Assembly: GCA_051362555.1 (NCBI GenBank)
Contig: CM120643.1
Coordinates: 26,416,848 to 26,480,847, forward strand
Reading direction: 5' to 3'
Source of the DNA: Lingula anatina
Taxonomy: Eukaryota; Animalia; Brachiopoda
DNA length: 64,000 bases
The position numbers and the translations under genes are program-made. Shown in pieces: positions 35,541 to 48,500 of this stretch. Each line of letters begins with the position of its first letter. Within the stretch, counting starts at the first letter, position 1. The notes beneath the pieces are model-generated. The model was not told where the DNA came from. It did no database searches and saw nothing but the letters and a program-made list of their open reading frames with translations.

Positions 35541-38485
35541 ATGAGCCAGTGTAAGCCCGTAGAGAAGGCTGGGTATCTGGATGTCAAACAGCTGGCCAAG
35601 GGAAGAGGGATTAGAATTAAGGTAAGGCTGATGTACTTCCATAATTTTTTGACCACCTCATTTGAAAATATAGAGGCATGTGAGGATATTGGTTCCAAAA
35701 AAATGCACTAGTACGTTGAAAATCCATAATCGCTTTGGATTCCACTTTCAAGGCAACGTTTGCTAATATTTGATTTTTTTACCATAGTTAAGCCATTTTA
35801 AAATTGAGGACCAATGATCTCAAGCTGGTAAACAAAACCTGACCGGCAGCACCAGGATGACCCCGTTGTTTAACCTAGGACCCCTGCTTCATGTTTCATT
35901 GGGTTCTAGGTTTTGAACGAGGATGGTCTCTTCTGGAAACGTCTTACTTGAGCAAATATTCTTAAAACTTATAATAAGATATGATATAATGTGATATATT
36001 TAATAGCCGAATAAATAAATAAATAAAAATAAATAAATAAAAAATTTGTATCTACATTTCAGGCATGGAAAAGAAAATGGCTGGTCCTCCATCAGATGAG
36101 CGATCTGTCGGCCGGAAAATTCCTGGCCCGACTCGAGATTTTTCAAGACGAGGAGGGCAGCCGCAAAAGGCAGGCAGACAAGTTGACGATGTACTTAGAA
36201 AACGTGTGTAGCATTCAGAGGATTAAGTCCAAGAGCCACTCGTACGCCTTTGAGATACAGGAGGACGAGAGCGTGTTGTGTTTGGCCGGGGAGAGCGAGA
36301 CCGAGGCCCAGGGATGGATAAGTGCCCTGAGGAAGATCTTCTGGCCGGTGACAATAAATCCCTACGCTGTGCTGGCGATACCAGGTAAAACAAATCAGAT
36401 ATATTCCATTTTTTCTTGTTTTATTCTGATTTTTTCCAAATAACGTTACAACAATTTTTAAGACTTCCATCAATAGCTGATACTGAAAGAAATCTTAAAA
36501 ATGTTTAAGATTGTTTGATTGTTTTTGGAAAACAATTTAGAAAAGACAACACGCACTTGCATGTGTGTTGAAAAGATACGCACCTATAAAAAGGAGTAAG
36601 AAAATACAAGAAAAAGTTGCACAGAATAATCGATACAGCATAACAAGTGGCCATATGAGTCAAGGGGGATTAAATAGGCAGACTGCAAAATAAAAAAAAA
36701 AAAATAGGATAACGAAAATTACAAGTCACTGAACACACAAAGACTCCTATTGATGACACTGCGGCAACACAGCGTGTGGTAAATCACACAAAATGTTTTT
36801 TCCAATAATTTTTGGGTACATTTATAATCGACCATGTTGTTGTGCATAACGCAAGCCATATATGCTCACTGTTACATATAGGAATCGCTGTCATCATTAA
36901 CATAATCAACATAATTTGAATAACAAGGAGTAATTTAGGATGCAAAAATATATATTTTTAAAACCCCAGTAGCGATCAAGGTTTTGTAAACAACACAGGC
37001 CCGGTTCTTATCTCGGCATCTTAAGTACCGTAATAACTACATAAACGCGTGAAGAGTACACGACTATCTGTGATCTAGATCTTAATGCGGAGTAGAAACG
37101 AAAACAACTCAAACGTCACTCCATCTTCATCCAAGAAGAAAATATTATCCATTTATGGGAAGAAAATATAAACAATTAAAGCAAGTTAAGAAAACATGAA
37201 AGCAAAGAGCAGGAAAGCTGCAACAGATTTTTGTCCTGATTTTGCAGGAGCCAAAAGATAAATGTAAATGAAATCAATATAATAAATAATTTATGACTCA
37301 ATTGATCAGTAAATTAATTAGATCTATAACAACTTACTCATCACTGTGTGATTAATATATTTATTAATATACTAATGGGAAAAACTTTTTAAAAATGATA
37401 AACAAACAACAACGAATTGCAATTCGATAAATGTTGCCAAAAGGAATGATACTTCCTACGTTCAATTTTTGTACTGTGCGAACCGTATCTGCTATCAAGT
37501 GCACCGTCATGGTGTGACTGGCTACCACTACACAGTACTGCCACACCATATTTTTTAACAATCTGAACTTTGGTTAAGTAACTTGTTTTTCAAAAGTTAT
37601 CTTTTCACGATTCGGAACAAGTCTGATTGGAGATAATGTCATATGACGTCATTTCTCCCTTTTTCCTTGGTGGCTCGTACCTTTGTTGTGGTTCGTGATT
37701 CAAAGTGTAAAACACAAGGTAGCCGTGATTTCATTGATCTTTTTGTGGATAGTGCAGACGAGCATGTAGAAATGACCTTTTTTTGTTGCAAATCACGGCA
37801 AGCCTGTAGGTAATAATTACGTTGTGGCAACTTGGTGTAGTTTTTATGACGTCACCCTGCGTGCGACCATGTGTCAGGTTTTTGGTTAAATCTTAAAGGT
37901 TGGTTATTGTCCTGAATTTCACTTTTCATGAAATGGTTTGGATTTAATTTTGTATCCCGGTGCTTCTTTAAATCTCCCCCTTTCTTTTATTTTGTCTCCC
38001 TCCCCCTGCCCTCATTTCATTCCTCCTTACCCCCTCTTTTTTTTATTCCACCCTTTTCTCAATCCCTCCCTATATTCGTCTTTACCCCCCCCCCCTCTTT
38101 CACAAAACGCACGAGGACCGACACACATTTTTACGAAGCTCCATGCTTTCTTCCCAGGTGTTCAAACTTCAACAAAAAACTTGGGTACAAAACAATTCGT
38201 GTCAAGTCGAGACATCGAAATTCGGGTACTCTGGTTAAGAATTAACCCAACTTTAAGGGGCTCGAGATAACGGCGACAGGCACGGTGAGAACGCCGCAGC
38301 ACAGGGGGAGGGAGAGGGGGGGATACTATCACCAATCAGGCAATCTCCACCTTGCTCCGGTTAGATAAAGTGATCATGCGTGCCTTACCTTTTATGTATG
38401 AAGGTCGTAAATCAGAAACAATAAGGACGCTCGGACCTACTTATGAGCTTGTGTTGATAACTTGTCTGAGTTTATTTATTTTGCT

Positions 38486-38516
<31 letters not shown>

Positions 38517-38845
38517 GAGTTGCGAGAGAGAGAAAGAGAGAGGCGGGGATGAAAATGATGAAGACCCTAGAGCAAAAATACCCCAAACCAGTCCATACCA
38601 CAACGTTCTATAAATATCTGGAAAACAAGCCCTGATAATGGGCGGGGAGGCGGAACAGATCACAAGACTATTGCTCCTTAAAATCCGCACCAAAACCAGC
38701 GATCAGGTGTAATGAATCCCGCTGATCATCTGGTCACATGTTCTACGGAACACAATGTGTGAACATGTAATACGGGGTGGGCAGCTATCAGAGCACGACA
38801 TGGATTCAGCCGCATGCCTCGCTGTTATCACTCCAGTGCATTTGG

Positions 38846-38886
<41 letters not shown>

Positions 38887-41800
38887 ACCCTGAGTTTCAG
38901 AGGCCGGTAGAAATCCACCTTTATTAACAGCATGTCTCTGCCGTTACCAGAAACCAAAGACAAGGTGTCAAACACGTGTTTAATACTGGAAACCGCAGAC
39001 ATGGTGACAATATAGAGGTGGATTTACCGTCATCTCTGGGTGGGTGGATGGGTGGGTGGTGGTGGGAAACCACCTGATTGATTTTAAACAATGTCACATG
39101 AAAATAGGTGATTTAATAATGCGTTCATCCCGTATCTATATAACCGCTAGTAGTTCGGTATTTTGGATTTATATCACATGTCAAGGTCCTTGTTTTCACT
39201 TTTTACATGTAGGACTCAAAACAGGGATTAAAATCAAATATTTATAAATGCGTTGACACGTTGTATAATTTGGTTACTGTTTACCATCTATAACTTCATT
39301 TAATCACATGGAGACTGCGTTACTGGGCAGTGAATTCCACTTGGGACTCCGTACAACTAAATAACGAAGGCCATTTGGTTATATATGCATGTCCATTGTT
39401 TTAGCCCGGTAATTGAGACCACAGTGTAAGTATACTCTGATAAATGACCCCTGTGACCTATAAATTCAACACCTGATTGGCCAATCAACTAGTTCAATGT
39501 CATTGAAAATTGCATCTATCATTGTTTACCTTTGGATTTAACTTTGATTCCCATTGCCATTCGAACGTCACTACCAGACGGCGTGATCATAGACCTAAAG
39601 ATGCAGAGAGAACAAGGTTGAAATAGTCAATTATTAACCCCACAAAGCCTGTTTGAAACAGGGACATTTCGAAGAAATATTCGGTTAATATTTCATTAAA
39701 TACTACCCCAATTGTTAAACTGAATTGCAATGAAATCATGGAATGTGAATGTTATCGGATTGTTGGTATAATTTCATCCCGCGTAAGACTCAAATCGTGC
39801 CAAAGATAAGATGAACAGTACAAAGTGGAGCGGCTTCCCCAAGGCTTGAATAGGACTTTAGTACCAATGTACGCACTTGTCTAAAATCTGGCGAACCGCG
39901 TTGCCAAAAATGACGGGATTTTTGTTTATTTATAATATAACTTCCGCCATGTGAAGATCGTGTTATCTCGCGGACATATCTCTCAGTTTGTCAACAGGGA
40001 AAATTTTGATAATAAATGACAAATAAATCTTTTAATTTCTTTGACTAGAAAGTTTTGATGAAGTTACGGAAGCAGATGGTTTTAAAGGTCAAATCTTCAG
40101 ATTGTATAACGCATGCTCTGTTCTAAAAAATATAAAATAAAAACATCCACCAAATCTTTTTTTAAAGCAACAATGCTTGTCTCTTGTGAAATTTTTAATT
40201 TTTCCATTTTCAATTACTCAGTTTTATTGGAATTATTTTAATTACAAATAAATTTAATTGTACTGATTCTAATTTCAGAGATATTCGAAGTTTCCTTGAT
40301 CGAGAACTCGGACACACAGCGGCTGTCTTTGTCTGGTCATTATTTTCTGACTGTAACCCCTCTCTCCGTGGCCCTCCACAGTCCAAAAGATGGCAGCACC
40401 ATACAGACCTGGAAGCTGGCCTGTCTGAAGAGGTTTTACATGCCAAATAAAGGCCACCCCGAAGATTTCAACAAGATTTTGGTGATACAAGCTGGAGAGT
40501 GAGTAAATTCCAAATTCCTCAACATTCTGTACAGCTTACATTTTTTTCATTTTTCGTTATTGTTTAAATTTTATTTGTTTATTTGGAATGCTGAATTAAG
40601 TGTGGCTGATTCGACCTCAAAGTAAATGTCATCTAAATGATGTTTTCCTTACTTATTTAAACAGTACACTTGACGCAATGTTTTGGATAGAGCCTTTTGT
40701 GATGAATGTAAATCCCGTCTATATGTTGTCTAACAGGTTGGATTCTCTTTGCAGGAATTCCGCCACCGGCATTGGAGAGTTTCACCTGTTCACTCCAGAA
40801 GCACAGTCCCTCCTTCAAACCATCTTTTCCAACGTGAATACCGCCATCCAACAAAAGCGTATGGGACAACTGCGACCAAGGACGGACACGGATCCAGACA
40901 GTCTTGGACATTTCACCACGTTGCTAAGCAACAGTCAACTGCCTTCTCAGGATTCCCCGCCGTTGTCTCGGTCGATCATTCAGAGAAGTAGCACCTCGTC
41001 GAGTATCAGCGACGTGCCGCCGCCTACTCCTCCAAGACCAAAGAAACTGACGTTTTCGACTGACAGAAATTCTGCTCATGTAGTGTCCTCGCCAGTGTCG
41101 AGGTCACCCCCTAGACCATCATTTCAAATATCACCAGAAGGGCAATCACCCTCAACGAACTCTGTGACCTCCCCTCCGTTTCGAGTCGGCGAATGCGATG
41201 TTTCAGACGACGAGGACGATGACTATCATCGTCTGGACTTTAAGGACAAGCCCAAAAATAGCGGTCCCCCTACGCCGCCTAGACGACAGACGTTTTCCCA
41301 AAATGGCAACCCTTCCCCCGTCCCTATGTTACAGCATTCCAAATCTGATTGTGGGTTAGAATTCAACGACGTCGCTGACGACGGCTACAGCCATATAAAC
41401 CGTCAGAAAACGGACAGTCCACGGGCGCTCGTTTCGTCTTCCGATAAACTTCGGGCCATGTCGACAGGTTCCGCCGTTTCCCAGAGTTCCAACAGTTCTA
41501 AGGATTCCGGTTTGTCTGGCCTCCGAACCCAAATCTCTTCTGGAGACACTGATGCAGAAACCCGCAAAGATTCTAATTGTTCTTCTGGCGACAGTGCGTT
41601 CGGCTCAGTGTCAGCATCAAATGCAATGGACAATTTAGGAACGGACTTAAGCAGGAAAACGGACCTTCATAGAAAAATATCCGTAGCATCTGGTATTTAT
41701 CACAGTATCGATGATAATGACACTGACGATACAGTTTTTAGGGGCGATGATGGCCAACGCGGTAATGACAGCAATGTATTAAACGTAGAGCCACAAAATA

Positions 41801-42885
41801 TACCAACCTCGGTGAATGAGGATGAGGAAGAAGAAAATGTATATGAGGAATTAGACAGGTATAAGAAAGACATCTACAAATATCTTGGAATTACTGACGC
41901 ACCGTCTTCCGGGCCGCTCACGCCGCCGCCCCCAGCTCTTCCAGAACGGACCAAGTCCACCCCAAATAGCCCAGACCCTGGGTCAGTAAGCAAGGGTACC
42001 CGGAGAAAGAAACGTTGGAATCCAGCAAAGAAACTCGTTAAAAGATTAAGCAAAACTGACGATAAATTGACCGACGAGTCGACATCGTCGGATGAAGAGG
42101 GATTCAGAACTTTGGTCAATCAGTCGGACGAGCGTGCGTTCCCTGTTCAGTACGGGCGCTCTTTAAGTCACATGACAGACAACACGTTGTATGCAGCCGT
42201 GTCGAAGACTGCGCCCGTGCACGTGCGCTCGCGGTCAAATCCCGTGGCTCTGGAAACCATACCATCAGAAAACGCAACGCCGTCCGAGTCATCAAATGTA
42301 ACGCCGTGTGCGTCATCCGCAAAACTTTCATCTAGTGCGAACTCGAGTGGTGATTTGTTGATTGACTTTAGTGAACCTGGAGAGAGTGTTCCGACCAGTT
42401 CAGCGTCAGTGGCTCCCCCTTTTAGTGGACTTGACTGGGGCTGGAGCAGCAGTATCCCACAATTCCAAACGCCCTCTCCAGCCTTGGATCCGCGCGATCC
42501 GTTTGACAGTAGTTGGGTGTCGGAGAATAATGACAGTTTTTCTTCTTTCGATGCCAACTGGGCAGACTTTTCAAACGCTGGGTTCAAAGCGGCTGGGAAA
42601 ACTTCAGGTGCTACGACGCAATGGCTAAGCGCACCTAACGCATTCAACTCAACTAGTGTGCTGACTGAAAGTGTTTCTGCCATAACGTCGCAACTAACAC
42701 ACTCAACAAACTGGGTTGCATTTCCAGAAATCGAAAGTGAAGCCAAAGCAACAGGGTCGAAACTTGCCGCAGAAATGATCGGCGAGGACCATTACATGGA
42801 TATGTCGAAGAAGAATGCTATTTATGTAGACATGAAGTCGGTACCATCGTCAGAGTTGCTGAAATTTGACGAACAACTGTACTAA
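35541..42885 (+). CDS. DOK/IRS-family docking protein (PH + IRS-type PTB + long Tyr-motif tail)
   Basis: Exons 35541-35621 (VEKAGYLDVK), 36063-36384 (AWKRKWLVL..AFEI..EAQGWISAL, PH), 40279-40498 (FEVSLI..TWKLACLKRF..VIQAGE, PTB), 40755-42885 (NSATGIGEFHLFT, then Ser/Pro-rich tail; alternative in-frame acceptor at 40736/40737). Phases are consistent. Confidence 0.85.
38847..38885. repeat. Poly-G run (~39 nt)
   Basis: Direct reading. Confidence 0.9.
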
Positions 42886-45523
42886 CAGAAGCGGCGCAAT
42901 TTTGCGTGTATTGTAGTAATTTAATCTTTTGGTGTCTCACGCCAAGGGCTGTTCGCAAATGTGTACCGTCTTGTTGTTTTGTTATATATTACTACAGAAC
43001 AATGATTTGGAGCTGGTTTTGAATTAGCCCATGCTCTATGTATTATATCTGTTTTCACGTACTTGGTTGTCTTTAAAGTTGTTTATCATGGGTTGTATTA
43101 TTCGAGACACTGTATATAGATTTTTTACCTTTAGACTACCCATTCTACTGTGATAATTAGTGAAACAATAGACACTGCAAAGCTTATTTGTGATCTCTCT
43201 GTTTTAGCAAACTGGTCCTCTTGGGACTTTCTTTAATTCTTTTTCCCATAAGACACACTCCTTTCAGTTTCATATGACATTACGTTTCCTATCACTTTCA
43301 GTTATTGTTGAATCTGCACATCAATCAAAGCTTCCTTGTGTCAACCCAATTTATGTAGCTATATTCAAGGTCCCAAAGATAACCAAAGATGCCTATTCAT
43401 TATTTCATACAATTTATTTCATATGTAATATATAGGGTGTTACAGAAATAAGTATCATACATAAAGAAAATACCCAGTTTTGCTGACAGATTTTGGCGTC
43501 TATATTTATGTACAGTGACGGGGAAATTTTGTAAATGAAGCAGTTAAAATGCAAAATCCCATTGAATCATTTTTCATGCTACAGAATTAATGCTTACTTT
43601 TGTCTGCTGTGATTTTTAAGAGATATGCATATGAAAATTATAAATAAATATGATATACTTGAAGTTTTTTTGAACAGTTCTTCAATGTGTGCAGTAAGGA
43701 TACAATGACAGTGAACCAAAAGAAATGCAGTTCAAACTTAAAATGCTCCAAATTCAAATATGCTGTTATTTGAATGCTCCTAAAACAGAACATAAAACCC
43801 TTATAAAACAATAATTATAACATTAATATAATAATGAATAATAATAAAAGTGTTATTTACTTGTAATAATAAAACATTTTAAAACATCAGAATATCTTCT
43901 CCTCCAGAACACAGCCTATTGTTATGTTTTTCAAGATGGCTGCTGCCAATGAAATCTATGTCAATTTACACTTGTTTACAGGAGAAATAGGTCAATTCTC
44001 CAAACACCCCATCTTTTTGATTTCAGTTTTGATCAAATTCTATTATTGCATTGGGGTGTGAAAGTACCAACACTTTGCAAATTTTTCTTCCACGTCTACT
44101 TCTTAAATCAAACAGAAACCAAGAAGTTGGACATCTTTTAAAAATGCAAAAAATGTATGAACCATTTTCCATAAAAAATAAAATAATAATAATTAAAAAG
44201 ACGAATAACCACGTTCCAAACTTCATCTACTCAACTGCATACTTATCAGACTTTGCACATGAGATCAATTACTCAAAAACTACCTGTGACAACCATGGCA
44301 AAATACACCAAGGAGAAAAACTTTACTTACAAAATGTACACAATACAATTAATAAACCTAAATAGTAGTTGAAGAAATCACTGGTCGTTGTACGCGTTGG
44401 TTAGAACATATATTTGTACCATACATGAGTTAATAATAGCATTCCCCTCTCCCTCTGTTTTTATAGTAATTACTATGTACATGACTACATAAAAAAGTCT
44501 TTCACCTCTAGAGTTTTTTTGTTCAGTTCACTCCACTTTCACATATTTCTCTTTAATGAAGCATTTATGCCACAACTCCTTCTGCATACTTAGTTTGTAT
44601 TCCTTGCACTGTGTTTTTAAACAGTGACACATCAGTAGTTCATCAGGGCATGGTTTGCCCTCAAAAATAAAGAAATAAATCATTGGCCGCTTCATTCTCC
44701 ATTTGCACTTTTGTCCTTAAATTCTCATCAACTTCCACAACAGCTTTCAACTGTGCTGTCCACGTCCCAGCACTTAAACCATTAGACTTCAGTTAACTTT
44801 TTTTAGGGAGAAATTCAAATCATATCATCATCCCAACTGCTTCACATCTATAAACTGTGAACACTTTCCTGTCCTCCATGTCTCACGAGCAATAACATCA
44901 TCAGGAAGTTTTAGTCACAGAATGAATATTTCTTGATTAAAAAAAAAATAATAATAAAATGCAGTAAATTTTAACCAGTCTCTTCATCCCTATTCCTTTA
45001 CACTTATAAACTATGAACTTTTTGCCATCCACCACAACCAGCAATGCTAATATCATCATCATCAACATCAACATTATACAAAGTAACAGTCACAGAATAA
45101 GGATGTCTTGCCTCAAAATGACCGTCATATCATCCCTCCATAGATACATATTCCCCTGAAGCTTCCAAGAGTTAAATACATTTGGCATTGATATACATAT
45201 ACTGAAATGCTTTGATCAAGTCTCTCAGTGTATTTTTCTCCATTTCTCTGGCATTTACACAGCCTCATAGCATCTTCTTATGTACAATCATGTTTTCATA
45301 TACAGCTGACATGCAAGGCTTAACGAATGGCAGTTGTTTCTTCTAAGGTCCCTGATATTTACCTGGACTGAAAAATATGACAGGCACGGACCCAAGCTTT
45401 GTCCTCACTTGAATACAACGAGGGTTCTTAAATGTGGTTATTTTAAAGCCAAGGTCGTGACCTTTCCATAATGGCACCATGCATACAATTACATAATTAC
45501 GGAGTCTTTCGTTCGATCAGAAA

Positions 45524-48500
45524 TCATAACGTTGAAGTCCTGGATATTCTTGGGGCCGACCTGTCATTGCATACTGTCTTTTTCAAGGTGATGCCCATAC
45601 GAATTTGTGACAACATATCTCCTCCTCCTCCGCCTGTGACTGCAGTTTCTCCATTCCCGTTGGGCAAGTGTGCATCTCGATTCTCTTGTATTGGTGAAGG
45701 TTTCTTCATCGTGGGTGGAGGAGTCTTCTGCTTCATTTGCTGTGGCTGTGGTTGCTGTACTGGAAATTGTTGTTGTTGTTGTTGCTGTTGTTGTACAGGC
45801 GGTTGCCCAGATTGCTGAGATGAAAACCTGGCATTCAAAGCCTGAATAATACTAGCGCGTGCATTTGAATCCATGGTCATAGGAGCAGCAGTTTGTTTAG
45901 GATCCGAATAGGTCCTACGCAGCTGTGGGTGGTTTTGTTGTTGTCCTATATTTTGTTGAGGCTGCTGTTGCTGCTGATACTGTGGCTGTTGATAATGTTG
46001 CTGATGTAGCTCATGCTGTATTTGCTGTAAATTGGGCTCTGTGTGAGCGTGAACAGGAGGTGGCACCATCTGTTGTTGTTGTTGTTGAGGACCACCAGGG
46101 TGGACAGACTGTGGACGCTTGGACTGCATGCGCGGGGTAGTGGTTTGCCCGTAGCTCAGAGAGGATGTGCGCCGTACAGGAGGCGGTGGCTTCGGCCCCG
46201 CCATGGAGGCGCGTCGTATCGTACCTGTGCCCTGGTTTTGACCTGCAGGGAAACCTGGAACGCAGCAAAAGTCAGTTTGAAAATTTCCTTCATTAAATGG
46301 ACCCCTAAAACTTCTTACTTATATAATGGAGAAAAAAAAAAAAAAAGAAAAACAGGAACTTTTGAAATTCTTGCCAATTGTTAAATTTCCAAAAGAAGCA
46401 AAGCTCATACTACTCAGTACTCTTTGGCATAAAGATGAACTAGTTGCACCTATCTAATCTGCCCTTCACCCAATTTTTAAGGCATTAGGAAAAATCCTAG
46501 GTTACAGTGCACATTAAGTGCATTATTTTAGCAGAAAGAAAGCTGAAGATGAAAAAAATTATTAAATAAAAAAGACATTGAATGATTTTTATCCGATCAA
46601 TTGTAGCTATTTATTCCACTGACTTATTATGCCAGACAGTGGCGCCATCTATACTATAGACAGACCTGCAGTAGAAGCTGGTCGTTTAATTTGAACAGGA
46701 GGTCTATAGGAGCGGCTGACGTCACGATTACGTGGGATAGTTGAGTATTTTTCCCATTCGTTGTCACTGGCTTCGGGAGTTACATCCAAGTCTATAAATA
46801 ACACATGCAGAAAGCACACAAATAGAAAAAAATGAAGGTAAACAGGATTTAAATAAATAATATCACAGAAAATGCAAACATAAACAAGTAGAAGTACAAC
46901 AAAATATTCTGAAGAAACAATGTTACTTTTTACTATTTTACAACACTGATATTAATTCAAGATGCTTAAGTCTAGAAATGTCAGAAAAGAGAAGCAACAT
47001 TTAAGAGAAAGTCACTTTAACTCTGAACAAATACATATTTCAAGATACAACATAAATAAAGAATGCATAGCAAATTCAGTAAGAAGATGTGCCAGACAGC
47101 ACTGGTTTCAAGCACATGATCTACAGCACAAAAACATGGAAAGATGCTTCCTTTTGCAGGAAATGTAGGTTTGCTTGAAGGATTCTAAAAGCAGCACAAA
47201 AACTGATGTAAACAGTGCACGGGTATCTATCAACACAAAAAAAAAAGAGTGCAAAAAAAGCATCCCCAAGCATTTCAAAGCCAATGTGGTGCAAATGGAA
47301 AGAAATGTGCACAACCCTGAATCCTCCCCAATGCAATTCAAGTAGCATCATTCTCAGCTGCTGCAGTCAGGCAAAAACACATGCCCTATTAAGCTACCCT
47401 GATGTACACAACCATGATGATTCTAAATAAGAGGTTATGTAACCACGTAAACCCCATTTACACTGGACGGCGTCCTTTCTGGCATTGTTGTGGTCGTAAA
47501 AATGAGGCACAAGCATCACTTTGGTTGCAGAATGAATGCTCAATGATCGGCCAGTTGTTGGCACATAAAGTTTTTTTTACTCTCAAACAGGGCTGTACTA
47601 CGTCCAGTGATGACGTCCAGTGTAAAAAGGGCTTTACTCTCAGTGTAGGATGTATAAATGAGCAAGTCAAAAATGACAACCAATTCCCAAAGCCAACAAA
47701 TGACCATGTTTACACAAAGTCAAACTTAGACTTAAAAGGAATAAGTTGATATCACAAGATTCCAGATTCCATATAAACCTCATGTGAGGCAATCTGAATC
47801 TGTTGATATCAACGAATCCATATAACGGTCTAAGCAAGTCCCTGTGCAAACATGCCTGGAACTGAAGTATCCCACAATGCATCACACTGCACATGAAGTC
47901 TCCACTCCTCCCCACAGCCTCACCTTCACTGTTAATAGTGTCCTCCGACCCTGATGGAGTGCTGTTCATGGTGCCGTAGCCACTAGAGCACTGCAGAGAG
48001 GCGTGGCTGATGGCACAGTTGTTCTGTTCATAGGTTGTCTCCAAGGCTGCTGTGCTCGCCTCCAACTCACGAATGGCGTCTGCTAACTCTGAGGAGTCTG
48101 GGCCCTGAAAATGTTAACAGACAAGGTTAGAGACTGTGCTCAATATATTGCTATATCAGCCCAGCAAGCATCTTCATCTATATAAATTTGTGCCCAAGAC
48201 TGTTGTGCATTTTTTCCCCCTTTTTTTCACCGAAACAACACCAAGCACATTTTTTCGTGACATTATGTTTTATGATAAAAGTAACAATAAATATTTATGT
48301 TCAACTACTACAGACTTTGTTAATAACAATGCAATTGAATGTTTTAACATAAAATTACCAGGTACACTCAGTTGCATCAATATCACTTAAGTCTTTCTAT
48401 TCTCAATTTCTAGCAATCTAACAATAATAACCAGAAGTTCACTGAAGCAGGGTCTCCTTGCCCTCGCTGTTGGTCACATTAAGGTGCACATTCTAATCAT

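Noticed and set aside
40600-40754. N-terminal part of the 761-aa ORF as a single-exon gene start
   Set aside because: The sequence before the acceptors at 40736/40754 is intron; the PTB domain continues from exon 40279-40498.
45471-46140. Cys-rich or Val/Ala-rich plus-strand ORFs (metallothionein-like CCCCC)
   Set aside because: Antisense reading of the CAA/CAG poly-Gln codons in the last MTSS1 exon.
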